Below are positions 28,733 to 42,030 of a DNA stretch of 64,000 nucleotides, one piece after another. The notes beneath the pieces are model-generated. The model was not told where the DNA came from. It searched no databases and saw only the letters and a list, made by a program, of their open reading frames with translations. The stretch spans positions 980,445-1,044,444 of the forward strand of contig NW_002060957.1 in the NCBI RefSeq assembly GCF_000150275.1, given 5' to 3'. Made by a program: the position numbers and the translations under genes. This stretch comes from Trichoplax adhaerens. Its lineage: Eukaryota; Animalia; Placozoa. Numbering within the stretch: the first letter of the stretch is position 1; each line of letters opens with the position of its first letter.

Positions 28733-30585
28733 TTTGGCAATAGTNTCAATCAATTCGCTAGGCCTGCTAGTACATTCTCCAATAGCGCAAAAAATTGGAA
28801 AACTCAACTGAATTCCACCTGATGATAATGGGTTGATTTTATTTTGACTTTATGTAAATAACCGGCGGGGAGGAGAATCAACTCATTACAATTCATGATA
28901 TGCATCCTGTTATTATAGTGTACCCTGTACATAAATCACAGTGGAGTCGATTGCTGGTGACATTAGGCATAACTCGATCACTCTATATTAGGCTGCGATA
29001 GTCGATTAACCCTCTATGTCTTATGAGCAAGACAAGATGATCGCCAACCTTGTGTTGATTTACTTCCATCGACTATTCGTGATTCGATACTACCAATAAC
29101 AAACATGATTTCAACGACAGTAGACATAAAAGTGCATCATGATAGCACTTCTGATCATGACTTGCACCTTATAGCGGTAGACTTTGCATACCACGATGGC
29201 TATACTATTCTTCAATATAGCCAATTACAGGAATAGATCAACTCTACAATCTAGCAAGACACAATGAATAGCCAGAGGGCATGTTTATTAACTTTGGTAG
29301 ACTATCCTAAAACTTTATTCGTGGTTCGATACTACGGATAACAAGAACGATTTCAACGACAGTAGACATAAAAGTGCATCATGATAGCACTTCTTGTCAT
29401 GACTTGTACCTACAGCGGTAGACTTTGCATACCACGATGGCTATACTATTCTTCAATCTAGCCAACTAGTCAACTACAGTAATAGATTAACTCTACAATC
29501 TAGCGAGACACAATGATAGCCAGAGGGCATGTTTATTAGCTAAGATTGACTATCGTAAAATCTTATTCGTGGTTCGATACTACCAATAACAAACACGATT
29601 TCAACGACAGTAGACATAAAAGTGTATCATGTTAGCACTTCTTATCATGACTTGCACCTACAGCGGTAGACTTTGCATACAACGATGGCTATACTATCCT
29701 TCAATATAGCCAACTACAGGAGTAGATCAACTCTACAATCTAGCAAGACACAATGATAGCCAGAGGGCATGTTTATTAGCTTTGATAGACTATCGTAAAA
29801 TCTCAACCGTGGTTAGATACTACGGTAATAAACATGATTTCAACGACAGAAACAGAAAAGTGCATCGGATGCATGATAGCACTTACAGAAATAGAAGCAG
29901 CTACAGTAGTCGATTAACTCTACGATCTAGCAAAGATACAACGATAGCCAGAGGGCATGTTTATTGGCTTTGATAGACTATCCTAAAACCTCAACTTTAT
30001 CCGTGATTACATACTACGGATAACAAACACGATTTTAAGGACAGAAAACACAAAAGTGCATCGGATGCATGATAGCACTTCTTATCATGACTAGCACCAC
30101 TTTTTATTCTGGGTTGCTTTCCCACAAGATATATATATCTATATGTATATATAGAACATTGTCATATATATAGAGAGAATATATATATATATACAATGTA
30201 TACATACATATATATATATAGACAATATATTTTTCGAGTTTAACTATAACGACTGCGGTAATTCCTAGACGTTACTAGTCTATCATACATAATATCTACG
30301 ACTTAGCAAGACACGATGATAGCCAAAGGACATGTTGATTAGCTTTGATAGACTATCCTAAAGGCATATCCATGGTCAGATACTACGGATAAAAAAAGAC
30401 AATTTCAACTGCTGTAGACAATCGAACACATTCTTATCATCACTATCTACCACCTACAGCAATAAACTAACGTATACAAGACACCATGATAGCCAAAGAA
30501 CCTATTTATTGGCTAGGATTGATTATGCCGATGCTTTCTGCAAAGCTAGTGCGTTGTAACACTATTACACGAGAGGGAGAAAAAA
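28733..30585. repeat. Copy 2 of the ~1.85-kb direct duplication
   Basis: Same start and end motifs and the same order of ~240-bp units as 26826-28682, with substitutions and indels. Confidence 0.9.
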
Positions 30586-31017
30586 CACGGACGTAAACGA
30601 GCATATACTATCCTGCAGGATACCATGAGAGCATAATAAATACTATTACAAGGTCCTGCTAGGCACTTTCATGACTATCCTATTTAATACTTGTCATTTA
30701 ATTAAGGCAATTCTGAAATATTTCCCTTCAATTCCTTAGCACCGAGGTTGGCATGCCACTTGGAAACAGTCAGTAACTGCTGGCGTAGTTGCCACACCTA
30801 GCAGCATGAAAACAGTGGAAAATAACCTGTCATGCCTAGCTTAGGTGATGGCAGTATACTTTTATCTGATAGAGCGATGAGAGAGTTAAAGGGGCGACAA
30901 CTTATTTTGCACAATACGCGGATGGTGCTGCTAGTACGCAGACGCCAACATCAAGATAAACTTGGTGGACTGTTGCTATGATACCAATCAACGAAGTTGT
31001 AGTATTCTCATCTGCAA

Positions 31018-31067
31018 NNNNNNNNNNNNNNNNNNNNNNNNNNNNNNNNNNNNNNNNNNNNNNNNNN
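31018..31067. other. Assembly gap (50 N)
   Basis: Run of N ending 4 nt before the putative EFHB ATG. Confidence 1.
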
Positions 31068-31071
31068 AAAC

Positions 31072-34000
31072 ATGCTAACCAACACTGGACGATTTAACGA
31101 TCGATCACCGGGAATTAGACCGGTAAGTTAACATCTATTTCTTAAGCTGCAATCAAGTTTTCATGCTCCATTTTTGCATATCGCTAAGTCGATGAAGCTG
31201 GATGACCATGCTCATTTAGACTATCTTTTACACACCATTTTAAGTCAATGAAAAAAAAATGCAGCCCCTTTTAAAATAGTATTATAAGAAATGACCTATA
31301 TCCGAGAAGACTAAATTGGTAATCTTCCACTGATATCATCCATTCAAATTATTAATTTATAGGCTGGAATACTGGTAGCAGCTGGTGATACTATCCAAGA
31401 TTGTATACCAAAGGATAATCGAGTGAGTTATCGCCATACTTTATACACCGTATACAAGTAGATGATTGATCGAAAAATGAATCAATTTACCAAAATTAAA
31501 CAAAAATAAAATTTAGTACCTTCTCAACAAGTGCCATACAGTACTTGAACTCACTTCCATAATATTGCTATTTTAATCTGATAATGATACGCATAAGTAA
31601 AAATAATTCTTCATGTTTTAATCTTTCAATCAATCATGCAATGACGATAGCCTACGACCCCAGAAAAAATAAAAACTTTCCGTCAAGCGATACTACCGGA
31701 AATTGGAAAGTCACGTACCAACAGAACGAAACTAGATTTGGTGCAACGTGCTGAAAAGATGAATCACGGCATACACACGTCATCTTCTGAATCGGTATAA
31801 CCAAATTCTGAACAAATAAATAAGCAGTTTCGCATTACCACAACGCTATATACTATCGAAACGATCAATTACAAAGCAATAATGCATCATAAAAATGATC
31901 ATTAGTTACTAGTGATAAATAAAAATTTTAAATAATCATTTCATGACGACTGAAAAAAATGAATGCGCATAAGCTTGTATACGATTAGACTGTATTAATA
32001 TCGCAAATACTATTAACATTGATTCAAATAAATTGGATTGTCGCGTAGCTTACGATAAATTCAAACTGATAACCATTCTATGACCAACTAATATACCCAA
32101 TATTATATTATACATTTGTAAAACCAAGGCTGCTGGTCTAGTTAATCCTTATCCGCAACCTATCGTTCAACAAATACTACAATTCAGGAAAGAAGATCAA
32201 ACTTATTTAAGTAGAAAGACAGCACCTCTGGGTATATTTGCCAAATATTGAATGCTACTACATTCATGACTCCATTTCTTAGGTGATATAAGTAATAAGT
32301 TTCCACAGCACTTAATTGAATTTAATGCATTTATAGGTCATACTACAAGAATGAAACCAGGCATGCCATCAGATCTTGACCCTGACTCAACAACTTTTGG
32401 CATTAAAGTTGTTAAAGGTATCTGAGCAAAAATTGTAAATCATTCCATTCATTTTTGAAAAGTGTTAACAAATCCCAGTATCAATATTTTTGTAACTAAT
32501 CATCGTTTATCCAGTGCTAATTTTTGACTATTTTATGTAGACGAATATGCAAGCGATGCTGTCAATCCAAAAAAGTCCCCGAAAGAAGTTCAAGAAGAAA
32601 GTTTACAAAATCATGACATCTATCTTAGAAGTCATGAAGCGTATGAGCCTGGAGAGCAAAAGAAGCGTAACTACACCTATGAAAGTTATAATATCAATAA
32701 ATGTTATGGTGTACCAACACCTCACAGCAATGCTGGAATTCATGTTGGAAAAGCTCTACATTGGATTACTGACAAGTAAGTTAGATTTATGAAATTTTTT
32801 TACTTTGTTACTCAATGATTAATTATATCTGAACATGATCGTTTCATGACAAATAGTAATAAAGGAACAAAAATTGTACCTAGCCGTGTTGAAGACTTTC
32901 ATGAAAAGTTTCAGCCACAACTTGGAAAAGTCCATGATCCGTAAGCTACTCCAACATTATTCTTAACTTACTGTAACAATTAGTATTTATAAATAACAAT
33001 AGCTCTAAAAAATTTAATTTTCAATATACTATAGCATTTCTGATTCGATGAAGGTTCCAGAAGATCATAAATTTGGAGTTATCGTTAAACAAGACGAATG
33101 CGGTAGGTAGAAAATTTCATCTGAAATTTAATGCTTTAAATAAATGAACTTACTATGTAACCGGCTCTGAACAAGTTTAGATGCTGGTGATTTATTACAT
33201 GGCAGAGGTCCTAAAGATTACTTAAGAGGAAAAGATAGACTGCGTGGAGTTGTTGCTGCAATTCGACGCCAATTAAAGGTTTCTAATTACTACAATTTTG
33301 AAAGTTTGAAATCAGCGTTCAATTTCTACGATAAGGTAAACTAAATATAGCATGATAATTAAAACTGGATTCGAATTTTTTGGAGTTACTATAAGAATTT
33401 ATTGTTTATTCGCTAATAATCTATTCTAGGATGGATCAGGTTCTATAGATAATGATGAAATGAGAGAAATCTGCATGAAATTCAACCTTCCAATTGAGCG
33501 AGAACTGATGGAGGAATTGATATATTACTGTGATGCTAATAATGATGGAGTTATTGATTACAATGAATTTGCTAATTTTTTAAATTGGCAAGATAATGAT
33601 GTACCAGCTGTTAGTGCTCGTACCGCCATAATCGATAGTAAAGGTAAATTAAGTCATTGATACTAAAATTGAGGATGTGGCACATGAGTAATATCGTTAC
33701 TATGAAACGCTATAAGATTTCAATTTACAGCAGTCGCTTGATCTTATAATTGAGATTAAAGACTTTAAACATTAGAAAGTATCTTTACTACGATACATCA
33801 TATAATTTAATTTACGGCAGTTAATTGAAGATTTTACTATAACCAAACATATTTACTACGGTTCATTGCAAGACTTTACTTGCGGCAGTTATTTGACTTT
33901 GTTATTAAAAAATTAAAGACTTTAAATATAACTAAACATATTTTACAACGCTTCATCGTACGATTTTACTTGCGGCAGTTATTTGACTTTGTTACTAAAA

Positions 34001-34926
34001 ATGAAAGACTTTAAAACATAATCAAATATATTTACGGCAGTATATCATAAACTTTGTTTACAGTAGTAGCTGCTAGCTATTATATACATATTCTAAAACT
34101 TTTACTTAAAACTATACATGCATAAGCGACTAATACACATATTTTCTTCCTCTATAGCTAAAAATTCCGCATCGCCAGAGAATGTTTTTAAATTGCAAAA
34201 GCAAATTGATAAATCAGTTGTTGATATGAGATTATCATCTCAAGCGATTAATGCAGCTGTCGGAACAGTTCCGACTACTGGTACGTCTTTGGAAAGAAAT
34301 ATTACAATTAAATACTCCAACTTTGTTTGTAATAAAAATCTTGCCTATGCTTTTAATCTTTATGATAGATTGGCGAAAATATGGTGTACCAACTATTCGA
34401 TCCGATTTACCAGCACCAAGAGTACGTCGAGTAGCAGATACACAGGTACAACAAATATTACAACTGAAAATATGTGCACTGTATAATACCGAGTATGACA
34501 TTAGTCATCTTTAATATGTTGATAAAACTTTTTTCCGCTTTAAATGAAATCTTTAAATTGACATAATTTGGATTAATTTATTGCAGAATTATGGAGATGA
34601 ATCTGATGCGTATGGGTTGATATGCCCTTCCAACTTTAGTACCATTGGTGTATTCGAAAATGACTTTTTAGTACCTCGTTCACCTGACGAACTCAGAGAT
34701 ATTTTTGCAAACATTGGTTACAAATTATCAGATGAAGAATTTCAATATATTTTGAATCAAGCATCCGCAATGAATTCTAATGGAAATGTAAGTATAATAA
34801 ATTTATTATTAACAAAAATTGATTATACCATTTATTTCTAAATCACAATTTTATCGATCTTAGGTAAGCGTTGACAGCTTTAACAAGTGTCTAAGAGAAT
34901 ACCTGAAAATGAATAGCAGTCGTTGA
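31072..34926 (+). CDS. EFHB: EF-hand domain family member B (CFAP21), ciliary microtubule inner protein, ~14 exons
   Basis: N-terminus MLTNTGRFNDRSPGIRPAG; YLSRKTAPLG; FQPQLGKVHDP; EF hands DKDGSGSID and DANNDGVID followed by FANFLNW; YGVPTIRSDLPAPRVRRVADTQNYGDESDAYGLICPS; TGA at 34924-34926. Confidence 0.9.
33745..34060. repeat. Intronic tandem repeat, ~90-bp unit, ~3.5 copies
   Basis: aaagactttaaa...ttttacttgcggcagttatttgactttgtta repeated inside the EFHB intron 33644-34157. Confidence 0.75.
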
Positions 34927-36100
34927 ATTCAATCAAGAATTATGACGTACCGACTTTTTCACTGCAATACGTATAGGGCATTATTTTTTCGATGCTCGTT
35001 ATGGCAACCCATTTTTAACGACATATTGATTAAATGTTGGTACATATATATATATATTTATTAAAGTAAAGCGGCATACTGATCTCGATGGTGAAAATGG
35101 AATTTAATTTCCTAAACTTTGTCGTCACCAAACAATATCGTTTTCAAGACTGGCAAGCATCGACTTGGATGTTTCGCTATATATAGATACTTACTTTGCT
35201 AATATACTGTAGAATATTAAATTCATAGTGACTATCTCCACATTTAAGTGTAGATGCATCTCAACTATGCGGTAGCTAAATACTGCTACAATATCTATAA
35301 ATTGAAATCTTGCGGATCCATCCGATTAAATTCGCATTATTCAAAAATGATTAATGTGATAAGAAATAAATTTACCAGGTAAATTAAGTACAGTGAGTGA
35401 CTGAAATAATTAAACTATAGTTTTAAAAATGTACCAATAGAAAGTAAAATTGCTCTTTATCTCTATGTTAACATCATCAGAATTAATGTTTTACATTGCA
35501 CGGTAGTTCTACATTATGATTGCATTTTAATAATATAGTAATCTTTCTATGATGATTCTATGATCTAAATCTTTCCTAATGGAAAATATCAGTTATCATA
35601 GGGAACATGGATACAGATACAACAGTGTATTCAAAGCAAATTTGTAACTTAATTTTGCACTTAACTGTACAATAAACGATTTATTATTTTAGATACTTAG
35701 AAATATAATTATACTTGTGAAGCCAATGCAATTAAATCGATGGTGACTAAGGCTAATTACACAGATTTTTGATCAACCTTTAAGCAATAAAGGTTGAAAG
35801 AGTATCATAGCATAAAGAACTTGTGTTGGAGCAGAGTCAGTCAAAATATTACAAAATAAGCTGATTATCTGGTAGTTATTGCACTATAAGTAAGTTCTAT
35901 ATAGCACAGTACCAAGGCACGGCAATTAACTTTAAGAATACAACTGATTGAATAAAAAAGTGTTTACTATGTGCATAATTGCAAAATCCAGAAAGACGAA
36001 TAAACAGATTATAAGCAGTGAGCCCGCCATCAGCATAATAATTGTTAGAAAATAATCCCTTAGTAGTGTACACTATCGTTTCAGTGTTCTAAGAATTATT

Positions 36101-38152
36101 TTAATCAGCTTTCTGTGACTTCTTTCCTTTTCTAGTTGCATTATTTTTGGATTTTTTCTCTGTAATAAATAATAACAACTTAATAGCAGAATGAGTCCAC
36201 TAAACAGTCCTGTGTATTACAGTTACAGTAGGTCATTTCTTAATTTGCAGCATTATTCCTAAGCTAATGGAAAATATATCCTCAAGTACTGTAGTAGTAC
36301 AGTATGAATACAGTTGCATGAAAGCAATGTCTGCATTTGCCAAGAAATTAATTACTTATCAGTATTTATTATGCAGTCCGTGTATATATATAAAAGAATT
36401 TTTACCACATCCACAGTTATTATTTATGCTATAGCGCTACATGTCTAATTAGAAGATCTTGACTTTATAAATAACATGAATAATATTCTCTAATGAACAG
36501 AAGGAATTTTCTTATCATAGCTAGTGTGAAAAGTACAAGAGGTCGAATTTTGTACGTCTACCTAAGTCATTGCTGTTTACAGTTTATTGCAATTATTTTT
36601 CTTCCTTAAACCATGTTACGCATTGGCACAAATTGCACTTCACAATACTAACACAGCTAATAAATTGGTATCTCTTTGCTACTATAATTTCTACTGCTAC
36701 CATAAAAATATTTACTTCACAGCTGATACCACTAATACTTACTCTCTTTGGGTTTATCGCCTTGGTCTTGATCTTGTTTAATGTTCTGCAGCCGTTTTTC
36801 TAACATAGCAAAATTGTGTTATAGAATAAAACAATCCATTAAAGTTATATCTAATCTTTATTTAAGAATTCTATCCAGGTGTATAATCTTTTGAATCGAA
36901 TAAGTGCCACAAATTAACGATGTGATGTAAGCCATACGTAATTCTGTTGCCTTCTATTACTAGAATGCGTCTATTTTAATTCATAATGTAAGGTATCTTC
37001 ATATAGCAATAAGCTGTGATCATAATCTGTAGTAATAAGCAACATTCAATGCAATTATGAAACTAATGAAAAAAGTCAAGTCGAACGACCTGATCCATAC
37101 ACTAGGTATTCCTAAATTACCCATGCATATTCATGTAACAATAAGCCATAGCAATAAGCAACATTCAATGCGATTATGAAACTTATGAAAAAAGTCAAAA
37201 AGTCGAAGGACCTGATCCAAACAGTATGTATTGCCAAATTACCCATGCATATTCATTTAGCAATAAGCTATAGCAATCAACAATAGTCGTATTTATTCAG
37301 TACATTCATGAAACTAATGAAAAATAGAAAGTCCAACGAGCTGATCCTTACAGTATGTATTTTATTGGTAAGATCTATCATTGTAGCTAAGCTTTTACAT
37401 TCAGCAAATGTTGCAAATGAACGATGCGATATAATCACTTAGCCTATGTGTTGCTCTCTCGTAACTTACTCCAAATCATGTGTACAATATGCATCCAATA
37501 TTGATTACAGTTATTAAAAGATATGAAAGGGAAAGGCAAGTTACCGCGTTTCTTCTTCTCTTTTTCATCTTTTTCAATTGCTTTCAAAAGGTAAAAAGCT
37601 AAGATTCCACTGATGATAAACATCGGGGTTAGCACAATCATGACTGAAAGAAATTGGATTTATCGACAATATTAATGCTATTAAAATATCCAGTCTACTG
37701 TATGTTGAAAATTGGTGTAGATGTAGTTGGTTGGAAAAAAAATGCAATGGTGATTTAACACAACAGACCATTCTACCGACTCTAACTTTTCAAACTCACT
37801 TTGTAATGTACAGCACTGTATTAGACTTGATGATAGTATTAGTAGTATAGTTAATGATCAACCTTTCATCTATGCTTGCCAAGCAAGATGATCAAGCGAT
37901 GGCCAATGGCCATACTTATGATCATTTGCGATGACATGATGACATGGTGGCCATTGAGGCTACCGTCACCAACAAGCAAGTCAAACTCTACTATTCTTTT
38001 ACCGTATTCAATTACTACAATCATTTCATTTCCTATTACACATCAAGCATACCAGAAACTAAGAATTCGTATGGGTTTTTAGCTACCCAAAAGGCGAATT
38101 CATGAAAATTGTCGTATCCAAAATATTGAAAGATAGCGTCTAGGTACTCCAT
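36101..38152 (-). CDS. SMIM15: Small integral membrane protein 15, 4 coding exons (38152-38053, 37643-37545, 36799-36743, 36159-36101)
   Basis: Spliced product MEYLDAIFQYFGYDNFHEFAFWVAKNPYEFLVSVMIVLTPMFIISGILAFYLLKAIEKDEKEKKKREKRLQNIK...KAD* matches the SMIM15 pattern [21 protein letters not shown]...IEAREKEQKKKQKRQENI. All junctions are GT-AG and in frame. Confidence 0.88.
37005..37362. repeat. Intronic tandem repeat, ~135-bp unit, ~2.5-3 copies
   Basis: taagcaacattcaatgc..ttatgaaact..tgaaaaaagtcaa...cctgatcca recurs in SMIM15 intron 2. Confidence 0.75.
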
Positions 38153-38629
38153 CTTGGCTGATTCTCAACTTGGTGGTTGGTGTTGTGTCCAGGTTGCCAG
38201 CCCTCGGAGACGACAGTAGTAACCAGAATTACGGTATCGTACGCTACAGTCAAAAGTACGGTAGGTGGGAATGCATAGCCCATACTGTACAGTGTCGTGT
38301 ACAGAGTGCAGTAAGTTAATACTGTACTGGAACTACTGTATTAAGTATTGGAGCGCAGACGCCTGGACGTCCAGACGACATGATGGAGACGGAAATCCTC
38401 CATTCGAATTCAATCACTCAAAGTATCTCCAGCGAGGAAATAAATCTAGTTGAGTAGATCAATACTGTACAGCTAGAGATGAAAAATGAAGAAACGTAAT
38501 AAGGGCAAGGTTGTTGCTATGTATGTGGTAATCGGTAGTAGGTTTAATTTGCAAATACTGTACTGCATCTATATAGAACAGTGATCGTAGAATGCAAGAC
38601 GATCTGATGTCTCCCATCTATTCTACGCA

Positions 38630-40120
38630 TACACCTGCAAAGCACAATGACATAATTTTGCTAGTTCTCAATTTTGAATAGGTCGGCAAAAGTTTTATTC
38701 TATTGATAGCTCCAGCCTAGAAGAATTTCTGAAACCCTAACCCTAATATGATCTATATACATCAACAAGACTCAATGACCTAAATACAGATGCATCAACA
38801 AGGCTCAATGACCTAATTTTACTAATTCTCAATTTCTAATTCATAAGCAAAAGTTTTATTCCATTGATAGCTCCAACCTAGAAGAATATCTGAAACCCTA
38901 ATCCTAATATGATCTATATGCAGTACATCAACAAGACTCAATGACCTAAATACAGATGCATCAACAAGGCTCAATGACCTAATTTTACTAATTCTCAATT
39001 TCTAATTCATAAGCAAAATTGGATTCCATTGATATCTCTAATTCAATACATAATTAGATATACCAACAAGGTTCAATCAACTCATTTTGCTAGTTCTTAA
39101 TTTCTAATCTATAGGCGAAACTTTTTCCTTTTCATATCTCCAATCTATTATACGTATGTATCAACAAGGCATAATCACTTAATTTTGCTCCTTCTCAATT
39201 TCCAATAGTTAGGCAAAGTTTTAATCGATTAATATCTCCTACCAAATAGAATTATGTCACATATACACCAACAAGACTCAATCACCTGATTTTGCTAGTT
39301 CTTAATTTCTAATCTATAGGTAAAGCTTTTTTCATCTATATCTCCAATCTATTGTCCCTGTGCATCAACAAAGCACGATCACTTAATTTTGCTCGTTCTC
39401 AATTTCGAATGGTTAGGCAAAATTTTGATCTATTAATATCTCCAACCAAATATAATTATGTCACATATACACCAACAAGACTCAATCAACTCATTTTGCT
39501 AGTTCTTAATTTCTAATCTATAGGCGAAACTTTTTCCTTTTCATATCTCCAATCTATTATACGTATGTATCAACAAGGCATAATCACTCAATTTTGCTCC
39601 TTCTCAATTTCCAATAGTTAGGCAAAGTTTTAATCGATTAATATCTCCTACCAAATAGAATTATGTCACATATACACCAACAAGACTCAATCACCTGATT
39701 TTGCTAGTTCTTAATTTCTAATCTATAGGTAAAGCTTTTTTCATCTATATCTCCAATCTATTGTCCCTGTGCATCAACAAAGCTCGATCACTTAATTTTG
39801 CTCGTTCTCAATTTCTAATGGATAGGCAAAGTTTTAATCTATTAATATCTCTCACCTAATATAATTGTATATATATACAGGACATCAACAAGGCTCAACA
39901 ATCCAATTTTACGAGTTCTCAATTTCTGATAAATACTTGTATAATTACATGCACCAATAAGGCTCAATGACCTAACTTGCTAGTTCTCAACTTCTAATCC
40001 ATGGGCAAAATTTTTCCACTGATATCTATTATACGTACGCACAATAAGACACAATCACCTAATTTTGCTAGTTCTCAATTTTTTATTCATAGGCAAAATT
40101 TTTCCATTCATATCTCCAAC
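38630..40120. repeat. Tandem array of ~100-bp monomers with a 409-bp (4-mer) higher-order duplication
   Basis: Monomer caacaag.ctcaatca.ctaattttgctagttctcaatttctaat; 39062-39470 is nearly identical to 39471-39880. Confidence 0.9.
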
Positions 40121-41929
40121 GAATTCTTTAGCTAGTCTAATCAATAAAACTGAATGTCTGTTTCACAAAAATCTTAACAGGCTCTTTCAATACCATTTCC
40201 AAATCCCTTACAGACAGTACAATCCCGTGAATGTCAACCAAAAAGGGCTCTTGGTAATAATAACATCACATCTGTGGAAAAATTTTGATATCAGTATTAT
40301 TAATTTCTTTAATGTATCCTTTACAATAATCACCCTTCGGTTTTTCTAAATATCGTAATCATCAATATTTAGAAGTCAGCATACTGCAATAAGTGTCTTA
40401 ATTCTTGATAATTAATAAGAATTATTTTTAGATTCGTCCCTTACAACCTTAAATAGCAGTACTAATAAATTATTCTGTAGTTAAACGTCAATCTTTATCT
40501 TCTCTTTCCATTTGTAAATCCGAACCCTAATCCTATTCAGAAAGAGTCAGAGCTAAATGCTATATTTAGATTTCAAAATCATAATGACTACTACAGGTCA
40601 AGCCGCGGGAAATTGATTGGATGGACCACTAAAATAAGAAGATATTATGCTAATCGAAATAGGGATAGATAAAATATTTACTTCGAGAATAGAATGAAGA
40701 AGATAGGATTCAATCACTGCAGATCAAAAATTACTAAACTGATGCATCAGATTTTAGTTGGTTTACCTTCAATTTTATAATTAGTCTGTAATAAACAATG
40801 AAATAATGTAATACTAGATGGATCATCCTTGATATCATTAATCCTGAATGTTAATGATATTAAAATGTCAACAGTTCCAAACAAGTTGTTAGTGATCATT
40901 GGATCTGATTGGTTTAAGTGATAGATAAACAATGGTACAATCGCATCGGAAATTGCAAAAAACCGAGAAAATAATAATATTGACTATTCCAACGTTCCCT
41001 ACGGTTATGCGGTATTGTTTTAGGAACGTTATACAAATATATTTATTCTATCCTCCCTATGTATAAAACTAATTATAGTTATTCTACACATCCGGACTCG
41101 ATCAGTGTGTGATAAACTTTACTATTAATCACCTTATCTAGTTTAGTATTTTACTAATACTGGGATGCAATATTATTTTAGAATGTTAGAATATCTGTGA
41201 GCTCTATCGAATGTCTTTCACTTCTTTCTATGAAGGAAAGAACTGCTATGATAGGTTATTGGCAATATTCTTACACGAAATTACAACTGTATATCTTATT
41301 CTTAGCTAAATAGATTATAGTTACATTATAAAGTATATAAGTAAAAAACATTACCATATGATAGTCATTTCAGCTGAAAATTCTTGCAATATTGTTTCTT
41401 GAAAACTACTCTGCGAATAAATCCATAAAGTATAACAAAATCTGCTATGCTACTACGATTACTTTGCTGCTATTTGCGTGCTCTTCATCATTATTGACAT
41501 GCTCTTAAATATAGATGTAACCTTAATAATTGGTATTTAATGCTTATATCACTGGTTCTTTATTAAGATCAATGATTAGTCATACATTGCATTGATCATG
41601 CCGTCAACTTATTTAGTTCAAAAAGATCTATGTTGCATAAAATGGATCATCATTAATAGGAAGGTCAGGATTTTGTGAAATATTTTTATTCTGATATTAT
41701 GAAGAAATATTATTTTATTGGTCTACACGTAAATTAAGCTATATGAGTACATTCTTGGTTTTTTGCAACAGTGTTTCGTCTAGTGATCTATTCCCTTTAT
41801 TATATAATTACTCTCTACAAGTATTGTACTACAATACTAGTGAAGATTTCACCATCACGGCGGATCGCTATTTTGCTCAACTATCATAGCAATTACACAA
41901 TTTTTACATTCTTCGATAACTTTAAAATC

Positions 41930-42030
41930 AAAAACGATAGTACACTCTACCATATCAGTCATTGTAGGATTCTAATAAAAAAAACAATAGTACACTCTAC
42001 CATATCAGCCATTGTAGGATTCTAATAAAA
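41930..42030. repeat. Tandem duplication, ~50 bp, 2 copies
   Basis: atagtacactctaccatatcag.cattgtaggattctaataaaa occurs twice. Confidence 0.85.

Noticed and set aside
25090-30585. CRISPR-like array
   Set aside because: Whole units are repeated with no unique spacers, there are no cas genes, and the context is eukaryotic.
38732-38746. Telomeric CCCTAA repeats
   Set aside because: Only two units, embedded in a satellite monomer; expected by chance.
40137-40358. Minus-strand frame with a single TGA followed by Cys (possible selenoprotein)
   Set aside because: No start or gene structure, no SECIS recognised and no selenoprotein homology; plausible by chance.
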